Assembly: GCA_030591685.1 (NCBI GenBank)
Contig: JAUVAX010000015.1
Location: 1-49,850, forward strand
Reading direction: 5' to 3'
Length of the DNA: 49,850 bases
DNA from: Pseudobdellovibrionaceae bacterium
Lineage (GTDB): Bacteria; Bdellovibrionota; Bdellovibrionia; Bdellovibrionales; UBA1609
The notes below the pieces were generated by a model. The model saw only the letters and a list, made by a program, of their open reading frames with translations, did not search any database and was not told the DNA's origin. A program made the position numbers and the translations under genes. Numbering within the stretch: the stretch's first letter is position 1; each line of letters begins with the position of its first letter. Shown piece after piece: positions 25,691 to 34,853 of the stretch.

Positions 25691-27826
25691 TTATCTATAG
25701 GGGTTATAGAGCTTCATGGCCTTTTCATCAATGGCAGTAGGGTTCACGGTAAAACCATATTTTTCAGGGTTCATTGTGACAAGTGAAATGGCTAAAAACT
25801 TATAAGTCTCTGAAATACGCATACAGTGTACCATTTTATGTTTTCGGATCATCTTAAGGCTATTATCAAACATCTTTGTATCATCAAACACCTGGTATCT
25901 AGCCGGCAGTTTGTTAAAGCAAGCTCGCCTCTTAGAAAAATCGTCAATACCTGCGCATTGAAGGGCTCTCATGACGGAGCCTTTATTTTTTTGTAAACTT
26001 TTTTTACATTGCTCTGGGTTTTCTGCTTGGGCGCAGGCGACGTTGACAGCAGCGTTGGGTTCACCTAAATGATAGCCCAAATATAATAGCTCGGGGTTGT
26101 TACCGATCATTTTAAATATGTCACTGTGAAAAATAGCCCCCAGGTAGGCTGAGGGCACAAGGTAGGCACGGTCATCTGATAGGTTATGAGTTATTTTATT
26201 AACGGTACGGCCATCGACATTGGTTTGTCCGGGGCCCACAAGGCTAAAAATATGTGGTTCGGCATTAATGTTTAAGTCTTTATAAATTTCTTTTGTATAA
26301 ACCTTCGCCTCAACGGGTTTAAACTGAAAGGGCCCTACAACTTTTGAGCTCGAAACGTTCGCGATGGGAAAGCTATTGTTCTGACCATACGTATACGCTG
26401 ACTCTACATACATAACATTTGAAGCAATGGGAGTTACGTCATAAAAATCATAGGCCTGTCTTAAGTAAGGGCTGAGCGCGGCCATGTTGTTAATGTGCTG
26501 TTGTGCCATTTGGCTTTGGTCCTGTGAGCGGTAGTTTTTTTTACAAGAGCCATCAGGGCACTCTAAATTTTGTTTAGCAATATTGAAGTATTGGCAGTAA
26601 TTGAGGTCTTTTTTACCGGGGGAGATAATATTAAGGTGGTATTGTAGGTACTTATCGACGTCTAAATTTAAAAACTTTTCTGTTTGCTTGTGTGCATTGT
26701 TAAGAGCTTTGTTGTTAAGGTCGATTTTAAAAACTTTAGGGCTGACCTTTTTGTCGACGGACTGACGCTTTTCATGGGGCACAATCGTAGTGGGTACAAA
26801 ATCGGGGTCTGTTGTGACAATTTGTAGGCTCTCTTCGGGTAAGTCAATGCGGGTCACCTGATCATGTGAGCCGTAGTTGTCACTTTTTGAGTCCGCGTTG
26901 ATATAATCAACACCAGTAATGTCACTGCTGGCATCGGTAACAGGGGTGATGGTCCCATCAGCGTTATGTATGCTCACTGTGCCTGTAATCGGCAGGGTGC
27001 TTTCGTCGCTCAGGTCGTTTTCATCAGTGGGTCTTACAATATTTTTAAGGGTTAATTCTTTTCCAGAGTCAGAAATACTAATACTTACCGTTGAGGTTGT
27101 GGGCCCTTTAGCAATAGATATTTTCTCTTGAGTTGAAACAGTGGACTCGTCGAGGTTAACAAGGTCGTCAACAAGTGGGCTCATTTCAACAGGGTGCCTC
27201 GTTGCTCTTTTGACTTTAATTTGAACTTGTTTTTTTGAGTAAATAAATCCAACGCGACCTGTTTTAATACTGGCCTTATCTTTAACTTGATGTTCAGTCA
27301 CATAAGCAGCAACAACTTTGCAAGCAGGGGCTTTTACCGAAACACAGGTGGCGGTCATAACATAGCTTGTCCCTGGGATGCCGCTTTCAAGAGTGGAGCT
27401 GTAGCTTTTATCCAGGGAGAGGGGCTGAGCCTCTGTGTTAATAAAAAACTCTAAAGGCTGTTCAAGGTGTTTAAATTCAAATTTAAATTTTATAAAAGCA
27501 ACTTCTTTTGAGGGGGCGGTTTTTAATAAATACTTTTGCTCGCTATTGTACTGCGAGACTTCAAGAGCTTTTAATTGGCTCAGTAGGTTTTCAGTAGTGA
27601 GCTCATTAGTTTGACGCAGTAACTTTTTATACTGTTTGTCGTACTGTCGCTCTCGTTGAATGTAACTTGGGGGCGTGGGTCTGGTGGCAGTGAGTTCAGT
27701 TAAATCAGCTGGCGTTATGGTGGTAATGTGTGTGGTCTGTCCACCTTTTGGCCACTGAGCTTGCTCAGCGCAGGCAAGAGCCACAGTACTTAGAAAAATA
27801 ATAAGAACGCTTTTTTTTATCACCAC
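25691..27826 (-). CDS. lipoprotein with divergent MltD-like lytic transglycosylase domain
   Basis: VALA-C lipobox; VES, SSSKVVGPFQF, DDR, GYHLGE, ETYKFLA...NPEKYGF match SLT/MltD motifs in order. Confidence 0.7.
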   Translation of the reverse strand: MVIKKSVLIIFLSTVALACAEQAQWPKGGQTTHITTITPADLTELTATRPTPPSYIQRERQYDKQYKKLLRQTNELTTENLLSQLKALEVSQYNSEQKYLLKTAPSKEVAFIKFKFEFKHLEQPLEFFINTEAQPLSLDKSYSSTLESGIPGTSYVMTATCVSVKAPACKVVAAYVTEHQVKDKASIKTGRVGFIYSKKQVQIKVKRATRHPVEMSPLVDDLVNLDESTVSTQEKISIAKGPTTSTVSISISDSGKELTLKNIVRPTDENDLSDESTLPITGTVSIHNADGTITPVTDASSDITGVDYINADSKSDNYGSHDQVTRIDLPEESLQIVTTDPDFVPTTIVPHEKRQSVDKKVSPKVFKIDLNNKALNNAHKQTEKFLNLDVDKYLQYHLNIISPGKKDLNYCQYFNIAKQNLECPDGSCKKNYRSQDQSQMAQQHINNMAALSPYLRQAYDFYDVTPIASNVMYVESAYTYGQNNSFPIANVSSSKVVGPFQFKPVEAKVYTKEIYKDLNINAEPHIFSLVGPGQTNVDGRTVNKITHNLSDDRAYLVPSAYLGAIFHSDIFKMIGNNPELLYLGYHLGEPNAAVNVACAQAENPEQCKKSLQKNKGSVMRALQCAGIDDFSKRRACFNKLPARYQVFDDTKMFDNSLKMIRKHKMVHCMRISETYKFLAISLVTMNPEKYGFTVNPTAIDEKAMKLYNPYR

Positions 27827-27851
27827 AGAGTACTCCTTAGCTTATTGTTAT

Positions 27852-27867
27852 AGCAATTTGAGTGCCA
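27852..27867 (-). promoter_or_regulatory. sigma54 (-24/-12) promoter
   Basis: TGGCAC-TCAAA-TTGCT, consensus match 25 bp upstream of the GTG start. Confidence 0.8.
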
Positions 27868-28063
27868 TGAGCATTAAGCCCGAAAGCCCCCTAACTCTCT
27901 GTAATCATTGCCCCTCTATGATACTTAGGGGCCCTCATTTGTAGAATAGTAAGCCGGGCCCGCCTTTTTGGTCCGGTGCGAGGCCCCTCACATGCGCTGT
28001 GACTAGTCATTTAGTAAAAAAAACATTAAAAACTTACTAATTTCATTAAAAGGAGCCGTCCAT

Positions 28064-29155
28064 TTGAGCACACAAAAAACCCCACTATCAAGTGAGCATG
28101 AGCGCCTCGGCGGCAAGATGGTTGATTTTGACGGCTGGTGGATGCCGGTGCAGTTTAAAGGTCTTAAGCTTGAGCACGCCTGTGTGCGAGAAGGGGTGGG
28201 GTTATTTGATGTTTCTCATATGGGAGAGCTTCGAGTGAGCGGTGAACACTCTTTAAAGTCTCTGCAGTGGCTTACGAGTAATGATGTTTCAAAGTTAAAA
28301 AAAGGTCAGGCTCAGTACTCACTTTTAACAAATTTTGAGGGCGGCATTGTTGATGATTTAATTGTGTACTGCTTAGAGCCGGGCGCTGATTACCTTTTAT
28401 GCGTGAATGCCTCCAATAAAGATAAAGACCTAGCCTGGGTGACAAAAAATAATAAGGGCGCTGACATTACAGATGAGAGTTCTTTTTGGGCCCAGGTTGC
28501 TATTCAGGGGCCAAAGGCTATGGAGTTAATGAAAGAGGTTCTCGGAGCTTCTGTTGAAAGTATAAATAGTTTTAGTTTTTTACCCTTAAGTTTCAAGGGC
28601 ACTGAGTGCCTAGTGGCTCGAACAGGGTATACGGGCGAAGACGGGGTAGAGGTGTTTATCCCCTCAGAGGTGGCTGTTGATTTTTGGTCAACCCTGCTCA
28701 AAAAAGGTGAGCCCTTTGATGTTCAGCCCATTGGCTTAGGCGCTCGGGACACCCTGAGGACCGAAATGAAGTACTCACTTTATGGCCACGAAATTGACGA
28801 CTCCACAAGCCCCATAGAGGCTGGTTTAGGCTGGGTTGTTAAGTTAGAGGCAAAAGAGTTTATCGGCAGCGAAAAGATACAGAGTGTTAAAGATAAGGGC
28901 CCTCAACAAAAGCTTGTAGGGTTTAAAATGCTAGAGCGTGGGATTGCAAGACAGGGCTATAGGCTGTTTTCCTTTGACAATAATGAAGTGGGCAGGGTAA
29001 CAAGTGGTACACCGTCACCAAGTTTGAGCGAAAATATAGGCATTGCTTATTTGCCTGTTGAGTATTGTAAAATTGGGTCTGAATTTTTAGTTGAAATCAG
29101 AAACAAAAAAATTAAGGCAGTGACCGTAAAAACACCATTTGTGCAAAAAGGGTAA
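28064..29155 (+). CDS. gcvT: glycine cleavage system T protein
   Basis: GLFDVSHMGE, ARTGYTGEDG, GLGARDTLR.E. Confidence 0.97.
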   Translation: MSTQKTPLSSEHERLGGKMVDFDGWWMPVQFKGLKLEHACVREGVGLFDVSHMGELRVSGEHSLKSLQWLTSNDVSKLKKGQAQYSLLTNFEGGIVDDLIVYCLEPGADYLLCVNASNKDKDLAWVTKNNKGADITDESSFWAQVAIQGPKAMELMKEVLGASVESINSFSFLPLSFKGTECLVARTGYTGEDGVEVFIPSEVAVDFWSTLLKKGEPFDVQPIGLGARDTLRTEMKYSLYGHEIDDSTSPIEAGLGWVVKLEAKEFIGSEKIQSVKDKGPQQKLVGFKMLERGIARQGYRLFSFDNNEVGRVTSGTPSPSLSENIGIAYLPVEYCKIGSEFLVEIRNKKIKAVTVKTPFVQKG

Positions 29156-29163
29156 AATAAATT

Positions 29164-29562
29164 ATGACTACATATAAAATTCCAGAAGAAAATTATTACA
29201 CAAAAGAGCATGAGTGGGCTTATGTTGATGAAAATCTAGTCACAGTCGGCATCACTGAATTTGCTCAAGACGCTTTGGGCGAAGTTGTTTACTGCGAACT
29301 CCCCGAAGAGGGCCAAAAAGTAAATCAAGGCGAGCCCTTTGGTGTTGTTGAGTCTGTAAAGGCTGTGAGTGATTTATTAGCACCTGTTTCGGGCACAGTT
29401 ATTGAGGTGAATGCCCCTTTACAAGATGACCCGGGCGCAATTAACGATGACCCTCAAAACGAGGGCTGGCTTGTACGCATCGAAATGGACACTGAAAAAG
29501 AACTAGCAAACCTAATGCGCGCTCCTGAATACAAAAAAACAATAACCGAGTCGCAAAGTTAA
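29164..29562 (+). CDS. gcvH: glycine cleavage system H protein
   Basis: YTKEHEW, GITEFAQ, lipoyl motif VESVKAVSD. Confidence 0.97.
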   Translation: MTTYKIPEENYYTKEHEWAYVDENLVTVGITEFAQDALGEVVYCELPEEGQKVNQGEPFGVVESVKAVSDLLAPVSGTVIEVNAPLQDDPGAINDDPQNEGWLVRIEMDTEKELANLMRAPEYKKTITESQS

Positions 29563-29623
29563 TATTTTAGCTAGACAATTTGAGGGGTATCTTTTAACTT
29601 ATCCACTTAAAATCACATAACAG

Positions 29624-29708
29624 GCCCATGTGGTGAAATTGGCAGACACGCTAGACTTAGGATCTAGTGCTTCGCGGCGTGGGGGTTCGACTCCCTCCAT
29701 GGGCACCA
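29624..29708 (+). tRNA. tRNA-Leu(TAG)
   Basis: Acceptor stem GCCCATG/CATGGGC-A-CCA, anticodon arm CTAGA-CTTAGGA-TCTAG, long variable arm, GGTTCGA T-loop. Confidence 0.97.
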
Positions 29709-29736
29709 ACTTTTTTAAATTTTTTTCGGTGATTAT

Positions 29737-29934
29737 ATGCCAGAGTTTTTAAAAAAATCTGATAAAAAGGCCTCCAGAAGGCCTACAAATTTAGAAATGG
29801 CCGATCAAATGTTCAAAGATGCTTTTTTGGTTAAAAAAACACGTTTTTCTCACCTGCACCCAGAACTATCCGATAAAGAGCTGACCAAGATGACGGCTAA
29901 TTACTTTAAAGAACTCAACGAAAGAGAATCTTAA
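29737..29934 (+). CDS. small protein, putative antitoxin/partner of the nucleotidyltransferase
   Basis: 65 aa, HPELSDKEL motif, TAATG coupling to the next gene. Confidence 0.6.
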   Translation: MPEFLKKSDKKASRRPTNLEMADQMFKDAFLVKKTRFSHLHPELSDKELTKMTANYFKELNERES

Positions 29935-30488
29935 TGACAGGCATGCTTGATGTGCTTAAAGATGTTGTTAGCCGTTTTGATAGCCAGGGCATTGAGTACT
30001 TTCTTGTGGGCTCAATGGCCACCATGTACTACAGCCGCCCTCGATTTACTCAAGATTTAGATTTAGTGGTAAGGATTAAATCCAGTCAGGTTTCAGGGTT
30101 TGAAAATTTATTTCCCGTTGAGGATTACTACAGCCCACCCAAAGAGGTTCTGCGTGATGAGGTGATCCGTAAGGGGAGTTTTAATCTGATTCATCAAGAC
30201 TCAGGCATTAAAGTAGATATCATGCTGGACAAGGGGACTGACTTTTATATTTCTGAATTTTCCAGAAGAAAAAATCTAGAGATGGCTCCTGGTCTTGAGG
30301 TTTACATTGCCTCCCCTGAAGATCTTATTTTAAAAAAACTAGATTTTTACCGCGAAGGGGAGTCTGAAAAACACCTGACAGATATTCGAGAGGTTATTAT
30401 GAGTGTTAATGTAGACAATAGTTACATTGAAGAGTGGGTCACTCGCTTAGGTCTTACCAAAGAGTGGACAAAAGCCTCTAATAGTTAA
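29934..30488 (+). CDS. nucleotidyltransferase, DUF6036/AbiEii-like
   Basis: LVGS.A..Y..PR.TQDLD, KVD, ASPEDLILKKL, KHLTDI. Confidence 0.8.
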   Translation: MTGMLDVLKDVVSRFDSQGIEYFLVGSMATMYYSRPRFTQDLDLVVRIKSSQVSGFENLFPVEDYYSPPKEVLRDEVIRKGSFNLIHQDSGIKVDIMLDKGTDFYISEFSRRKNLEMAPGLEVYIASPEDLILKKLDFYREGESEKHLTDIREVIMSVNVDNSYIEEWVTRLGLTKEWTKASNS

Positions 30489-30651
30489 GCTACAATATTT
30501 TTTAAATCAAAAAATGACAGACCATTTATATTGTTAGTATAAATGAAGAAATGCTACAGGCGTTTATAAAATTAAATTTCTACACATAAGTTCTCCTCTC
30601 TGTAAGTGCCTTGAAAAACCTGATTCTAAGCACTGTTACCTGAAAGAAAGA

Positions 30652-33600
30652 TTAATTTTTAGTGCCCGAAATATTTATTAAGTCTGAGCTTGTGCCATCA
30701 GTGACGTCGAGTGTGGACGTGTCAACTCCGTTAGGGGTTTTCCATTTATACTGTACATCAACGGAACAAGTGGCCCCGTTGATCAGTGTGGTTGTGTCGC
30801 AGGAATCAGATAAAATAACAAATTTAGATCCTGTCGCTGTCAGAGTGGTAGTAAGTACACCTGTTGTAGAGCCCGTGTTGTTAGTTAGCGTAAAAGCGTG
30901 AGGTGTATCGCCGCCCGGGGAGCCGTAGTCGTAAGTGTCGATGTCCCACTCGAGCAGGCCAAAAACAATATTTACTGTAACCCCTGAGGTGTCGGGTGGT
31001 GTAAAGGTCAGGGCGGCATTGTTACCGGCTGCATCTTTTAGCGTGCCGCCGTTTAACCCTAACGGTGAGGTGGAGCTAATACCGTCTAAATCAGAGTCTC
31101 CGCCGGCAACGATGTGTCTAAAAATTAAATTCGCACTACCTGAGCCTGAGAGGTACGTGGCGTACACGGTGCCAGAGGTTAAGTTTAATTGTATTTGAGG
31201 TGTGTTTGCAACCGTGACGCTTTCGTTATAGTTCACTGTAAAATCTAGATTATTACCGGTAGTGTAATTACCATCAGCGGGTGGGGTAACGCTACTTAAA
31301 GTAGGTGCTGTACCGTCATACTGAAAGGCCGTACCCGTACTGACGGTAGAAACATTACCGGCCTGGTCGTGCGCCCTTACGGAGATATAGTAATTTGTTA
31401 ATGCCGAAAGGCTAAGCCCTGAAAAAGTTTTACTAAGTACAAGGGCATTTGTAGCCCAATTTACGACTTCACCCCCACCTGAGCTGGTACCAAGAGCTAC
31501 CTCATAACGGGTTACACCATTGGTGTCAGTAGAGGCCGTCCATGTAGAGGCCGGTGATGAGGCTGAGTTTGTGGTAAAGGCCGCGTAGGCAAGGCCCCCA
31601 GGTGTAGTCGGTGAGGTGTTGTCGATAAGGGCCGAAACACTTAGCACACTACTTTCGTTGCCAAACCCATCTTTAGCTTGAACATGTATGTAGTAAGTGT
31701 TGCTCCCAGACCCTTGGGTGTCACTTGTTGTAGCTCCGTAGGGCTCAACAGTAAAGGTGTGTGTTGCATTTGTGTTGATAACATATCTATAAGTACAAGA
31801 GGCGGCATCGCAACCCCAAGTCCATGATTTAGATTTTGTAGGCGTCGGGTCACTTGTAAGCCCTGTTACATTTACTGTGGCCACATTGACGGTGATCCCT
31901 GAGGTATCAGGTGGTGTAAAAGTCAGGGTGGCATTATTACTGGCGGCATCTTTGAGTGTTCCGCCGTTTAACCCTAATGGTGAGACAAGAGTGATTCCGT
32001 TTAAATCAGAATCGCTGCCAGTTATGGCGTATCTAAAAATTAAATTCGCACTACCTGTACCTGAGAGGTATGTGGCGAACACCGAGCCAGAGGTTAAATT
32101 TATTTGCAACTGAGGCACATTTGTAACAGTGATGTTTTCGTTGTAGTTCACTGTAAAATCTAAATTATTAGTGGTGGCGTAGTTGCCATCAGCGGGCGTG
32201 GTAATGCTACTCACAGTGGGTGCTGTGCCGTCATACTGAAAGGCGCTGCCCGTACTGACAGTCGAAACATTACCGGCCTGGTCGTGCGCCCTGACAGAAA
32301 TATAGTAATTTGTTAATGCTAAAAGACCAAGCCCTGAAAAAGTTTTACTAAGTACAAGGGCATTTGTAACCCAATTAACGACTTCGCCCCCACCAGAGGT
32401 GGTGCCCAGAGCCACCTCATAATGGTCCACTCCGTTAGCATCAGTGGAGGCGGTCCATGACGAGACCGGTGATGAGGCTGAGTTTGTAGTAAAGGCCGCG
32501 TATGTGAGGCCCCCAGGTGTTGTGGGTAAGGTGTTATCAAGTATTGCCGAAACACTCATGACACTACTGACTTGGCTCAGCCCGTCTTTGGCCTGTACGT
32601 GAATATAGTAAGTATTATTTCCGGACCCTTGGGTGTCACTTGTTGTCGCTCCGTAGGGTTCAACAGTAAATGTGTGTGTTGCGTTTGTGTTTATAATATG
32701 TCTGTAAGTGCATGGGGCGGCATCGCAACTCCAAGACCACGATTTAGATTTTGTAGGCGTGGGGTCATTAGATAAGCCTGTCACTGCAACGGGGTTAGCA
32801 ATTTGCCAAGCCCCACTTGAAACCCCCGGGGATGTGTTTGTCGAAGCGTCCACCGAGCGAACAGACAGGTAATAATTAGTAAACACAGCGAGGGTGAGCC
32901 CTGTTCTTTGTGACGAGGTCACGTTTCCGACGTTGCTCCACCCCTCTATCTCGGTCCCGCCAGCAGTTGTCCCGACAGCGACTTCATAGTGAGACATAGC
33001 ACAGTTGTCTACACTGGCATTCCAAGAGAGTGTTTGAGTGGTCGTGGGCGTCCCGGCCCCGCTCAAGTTTAATCCGGTAGGTGTACTTGGCAGAGTGGCA
33101 TCAGGGGAACAGCCATCATTAGCCACCCAAGTGTCAGTGATAACTGTAGACTCATTACCAGCATTATCTAAAGCCTTAACATTCACGGTGTATGTGTCAC
33201 CACCTGTTAAACTAAGCCCGGTAACGGCGGCACCACTCGTATGCGCACTGTAGGCCTTAATCACTGACAGGGCTGAGTTTTGTATTTCTACATGGTGGGC
33301 TAAAAGGCCAGACCCTCCATCAGAGCCCGAACTGTACGTAAACGTAGGAGTTGTTGTTGTGCTTATGGGCACGCCACTTAATACGAGTACTGAGGGGGGC
33401 AGTGGGTTTACACCATCATGTAAAATAAAAGCATTCGCGCAGTTGGTTTCTACAAGCCCGGAGTTTCTAAATATGACATAAAAAGTGTTTAAGGCATTGG
33501 GGTTTGAGAGTGTCACGGTCTTAACTGAAGTAAAGGGCTCCCAAGTCCCCCCGGAGGAGCAACCAGAGGTTTCTGTAATGTACATCTCTGCGACGAGATC

Positions 33601-33795
33601 ACAGTTATACTGCATATTTGTGGTTAAGCTATTAGTAAACCCTACATTTACAAAAGAGGCAAAACAGGTGCCAACGGTATCCCGACGGTCGTGAAAGTAA
33701 CGGTCTGTATCGCCGCCTAAAACCCCTTCCTCACAAGACACCAATGGGAGTAGCGAAAACAAAATAAGTATTAAGTATAAAAATTTATTTTTCAA
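30652..33795 (-). CDS. large Thr/Ser-rich surface lipoprotein with FN3/Ig-like domains (putative adhesin)
   Basis: LVS-C lipobox, repeated W.AS.D...YEVA.GT...YY.SVRA.D.AGN.S FN3-like units, C-terminal Cys-containing Ig-like domain. Confidence 0.8.
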   Translation of the reverse strand: MKNKFLYLILILFSLLPLVSCEEGVLGGDTDRYFHDRRDTVGTCFASFVNVGFTNSLTTNMQYNCDLVAEMYITETSGCSSGGTWEPFTSVKTVTLSNPNALNTFYVIFRNSGLVETNCANAFILHDGVNPLPPSVLVLSGVPISTTTTPTFTYSSGSDGGSGLLAHHVEIQNSALSVIKAYSAHTSGAAVTGLSLTGGDTYTVNVKALDNAGNESTVITDTWVANDGCSPDATLPSTPTGLNLSGAGTPTTTQTLSWNASVDNCAMSHYEVAVGTTAGGTEIEGWSNVGNVTSSQRTGLTLAVFTNYYLSVRSVDASTNTSPGVSSGAWQIANPVAVTGLSNDPTPTKSKSWSWSCDAAPCTYRHIINTNATHTFTVEPYGATTSDTQGSGNNTYYIHVQAKDGLSQVSSVMSVSAILDNTLPTTPGGLTYAAFTTNSASSPVSSWTASTDANGVDHYEVALGTTSGGGEVVNWVTNALVLSKTFSGLGLLALTNYYISVRAHDQAGNVSTVSTGSAFQYDGTAPTVSSITTPADGNYATTNNLDFTVNYNENITVTNVPQLQINLTSGSVFATYLSGTGSANLIFRYAITGSDSDLNGITLVSPLGLNGGTLKDAASNNATLTFTPPDTSGITVNVATVNVTGLTSDPTPTKSKSWTWGCDAASCTYRYVINTNATHTFTVEPYGATTSDTQGSGSNTYYIHVQAKDGFGNESSVLSVSALIDNTSPTTPGGLAYAAFTTNSASSPASTWTASTDTNGVTRYEVALGTSSGGGEVVNWATNALVLSKTFSGLSLSALTNYYISVRAHDQAGNVSTVSTGTAFQYDGTAPTLSSVTPPADGNYTTGNNLDFTVNYNESVTVANTPQIQLNLTSGTVYATYLSGSGSANLIFRHIVAGGDSDLDGISSTSPLGLNGGTLKDAAGNNAALTFTPPDTSGVTVNIVFGLLEWDIDTYDYGSPGGDTPHAFTLTNNTGSTTGVLTTTLTATGSKFVILSDSCDTTTLINGATCSVDVQYKWKTPNGVDTSTLDVTDGTSSDLINISGTKN
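30961..32790 (-). repeat. intragenic tandem duplication, 2 x 915 bp (305 aa)
   Basis: Matching anchors at 31131/32046 and 31826/32741, both offset by 915. Confidence 0.92.
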
Positions 33796-34466
33796 AACAA
33801 GTACCTTTTAAAAATAAGTACTTTAAAACTTCGACTGGACTGAGGCCTGCTCGTAAAAATAGTTTCACCCTTATAAACATTATTGAGGCCCCACTCTGTG
33901 CGCTTGCCCTTCCAGGTAAAAATTAAACTCACTTGAAAGTTATCCATTTTTACAGAGCCCTCTGAGCCAGCAACGAGACTCCCAGTAAAGCTTTTTCTAA
34001 AGCCTAACTGCATTTTTGAACCCATAAAACGCCCTGAAAAATATATGCCTAAATCCCCCAAACTAGCAGTGCTCTTTCCGATAAAAATGGTATCTGCTGT
34101 TGAAGAAAAAATAAGTGTCTCGTCAGAGTAATAAGAGGCGTCTAAAAATATCCATTGAAACCTTAAAAAAAGCCCCACACGGGTTTTAAGTAAAAATTCA
34201 TTAGATTTTGATAAACCCACCTCTGAGTTACTCGGTACAGAGAAAAAGGTCCCCCCAAGGTTTAACAAATAACCTACGCGCCTTGAGATGTGTTGTTGAA
34301 AGGATGTTTGTATAATGGGGTTGAAATTACTTTTTACTAAAATGCTGCTTTCTATATCTTCAAAATCAAATCGAGACTCTTCTGTGCCCACAGAAAACCC
34401 AAAATTGGTCCTCGCCGACGCAAAGCTTGCGATCATCATAAATAATATAAAAATGAAATACTTCAA
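33792..34466 (-). CDS. putative outer-membrane beta-barrel protein
   Basis: Signal peptide (ASA-R), alternating aromatic strands, terminal Phe; TTGA overlap with the lipoprotein gene. Confidence 0.6.
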   Translation of the reverse strand: MKYFIFILFMMIASFASARTNFGFSVGTEESRFDFEDIESSILVKSNFNPIIQTSFQQHISRRVGYLLNLGGTFFSVPSNSEVGLSKSNEFLLKTRVGLFLRFQWIFLDASYYSDETLIFSSTADTIFIGKSTASLGDLGIYFSGRFMGSKMQLGFRKSFTGSLVAGSEGSVKMDNFQVSLIFTWKGKRTEWGLNNVYKGETIFTSRPQSSRSFKVLIFKRYLF

Positions 34467-34853
34467 TTAAAGCACCCCTTTGGCCTTCCTAGCCTCGTGT
34501 TGATTATACCATTTATGCGGTGTGTTTTTGAGCTGAAAGTAGTGACCTAATCATTAAACTCAAATAACTAAGACTTAGGGGTTGCTAAGCTTAAGCCCTA
34601 AGTCGTGAGCCCATTAAATTATAAGGGTTTAAAAGAAGGTCCATTAAACCTTTGTCTATATAGGCTCAAGCATTGAGAGATCCGGTAAATAAATTTTATT
34701 TATGCCGAAACGCTTCAAGGAATGAGGCTTTTATAAAAAAACAAAGTTACCGTTTTAACCCTAAGCAGGTTTTAATCATTAAGGGTCACAACGAAATATC
34801 ATTGTAAATAACAAGTGGGTCAGAGTAATTTAACTTTTATTTGAAGACTTGTA

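Noticed and set aside
27870..28060. Glycine riboswitch upstream of gcvT
   Set aside because: Only partial look-alikes (CCGAAAG, AACTCTCTG); the conserved GGAGA and CTCAGG elements are not present.
30662..33694. Several plus-strand ORFs antisense to the adhesin, and similar short antisense ORFs across the window
   Set aside because: Fully nested opposite well-supported genes, with no motifs; explained by codon bias.
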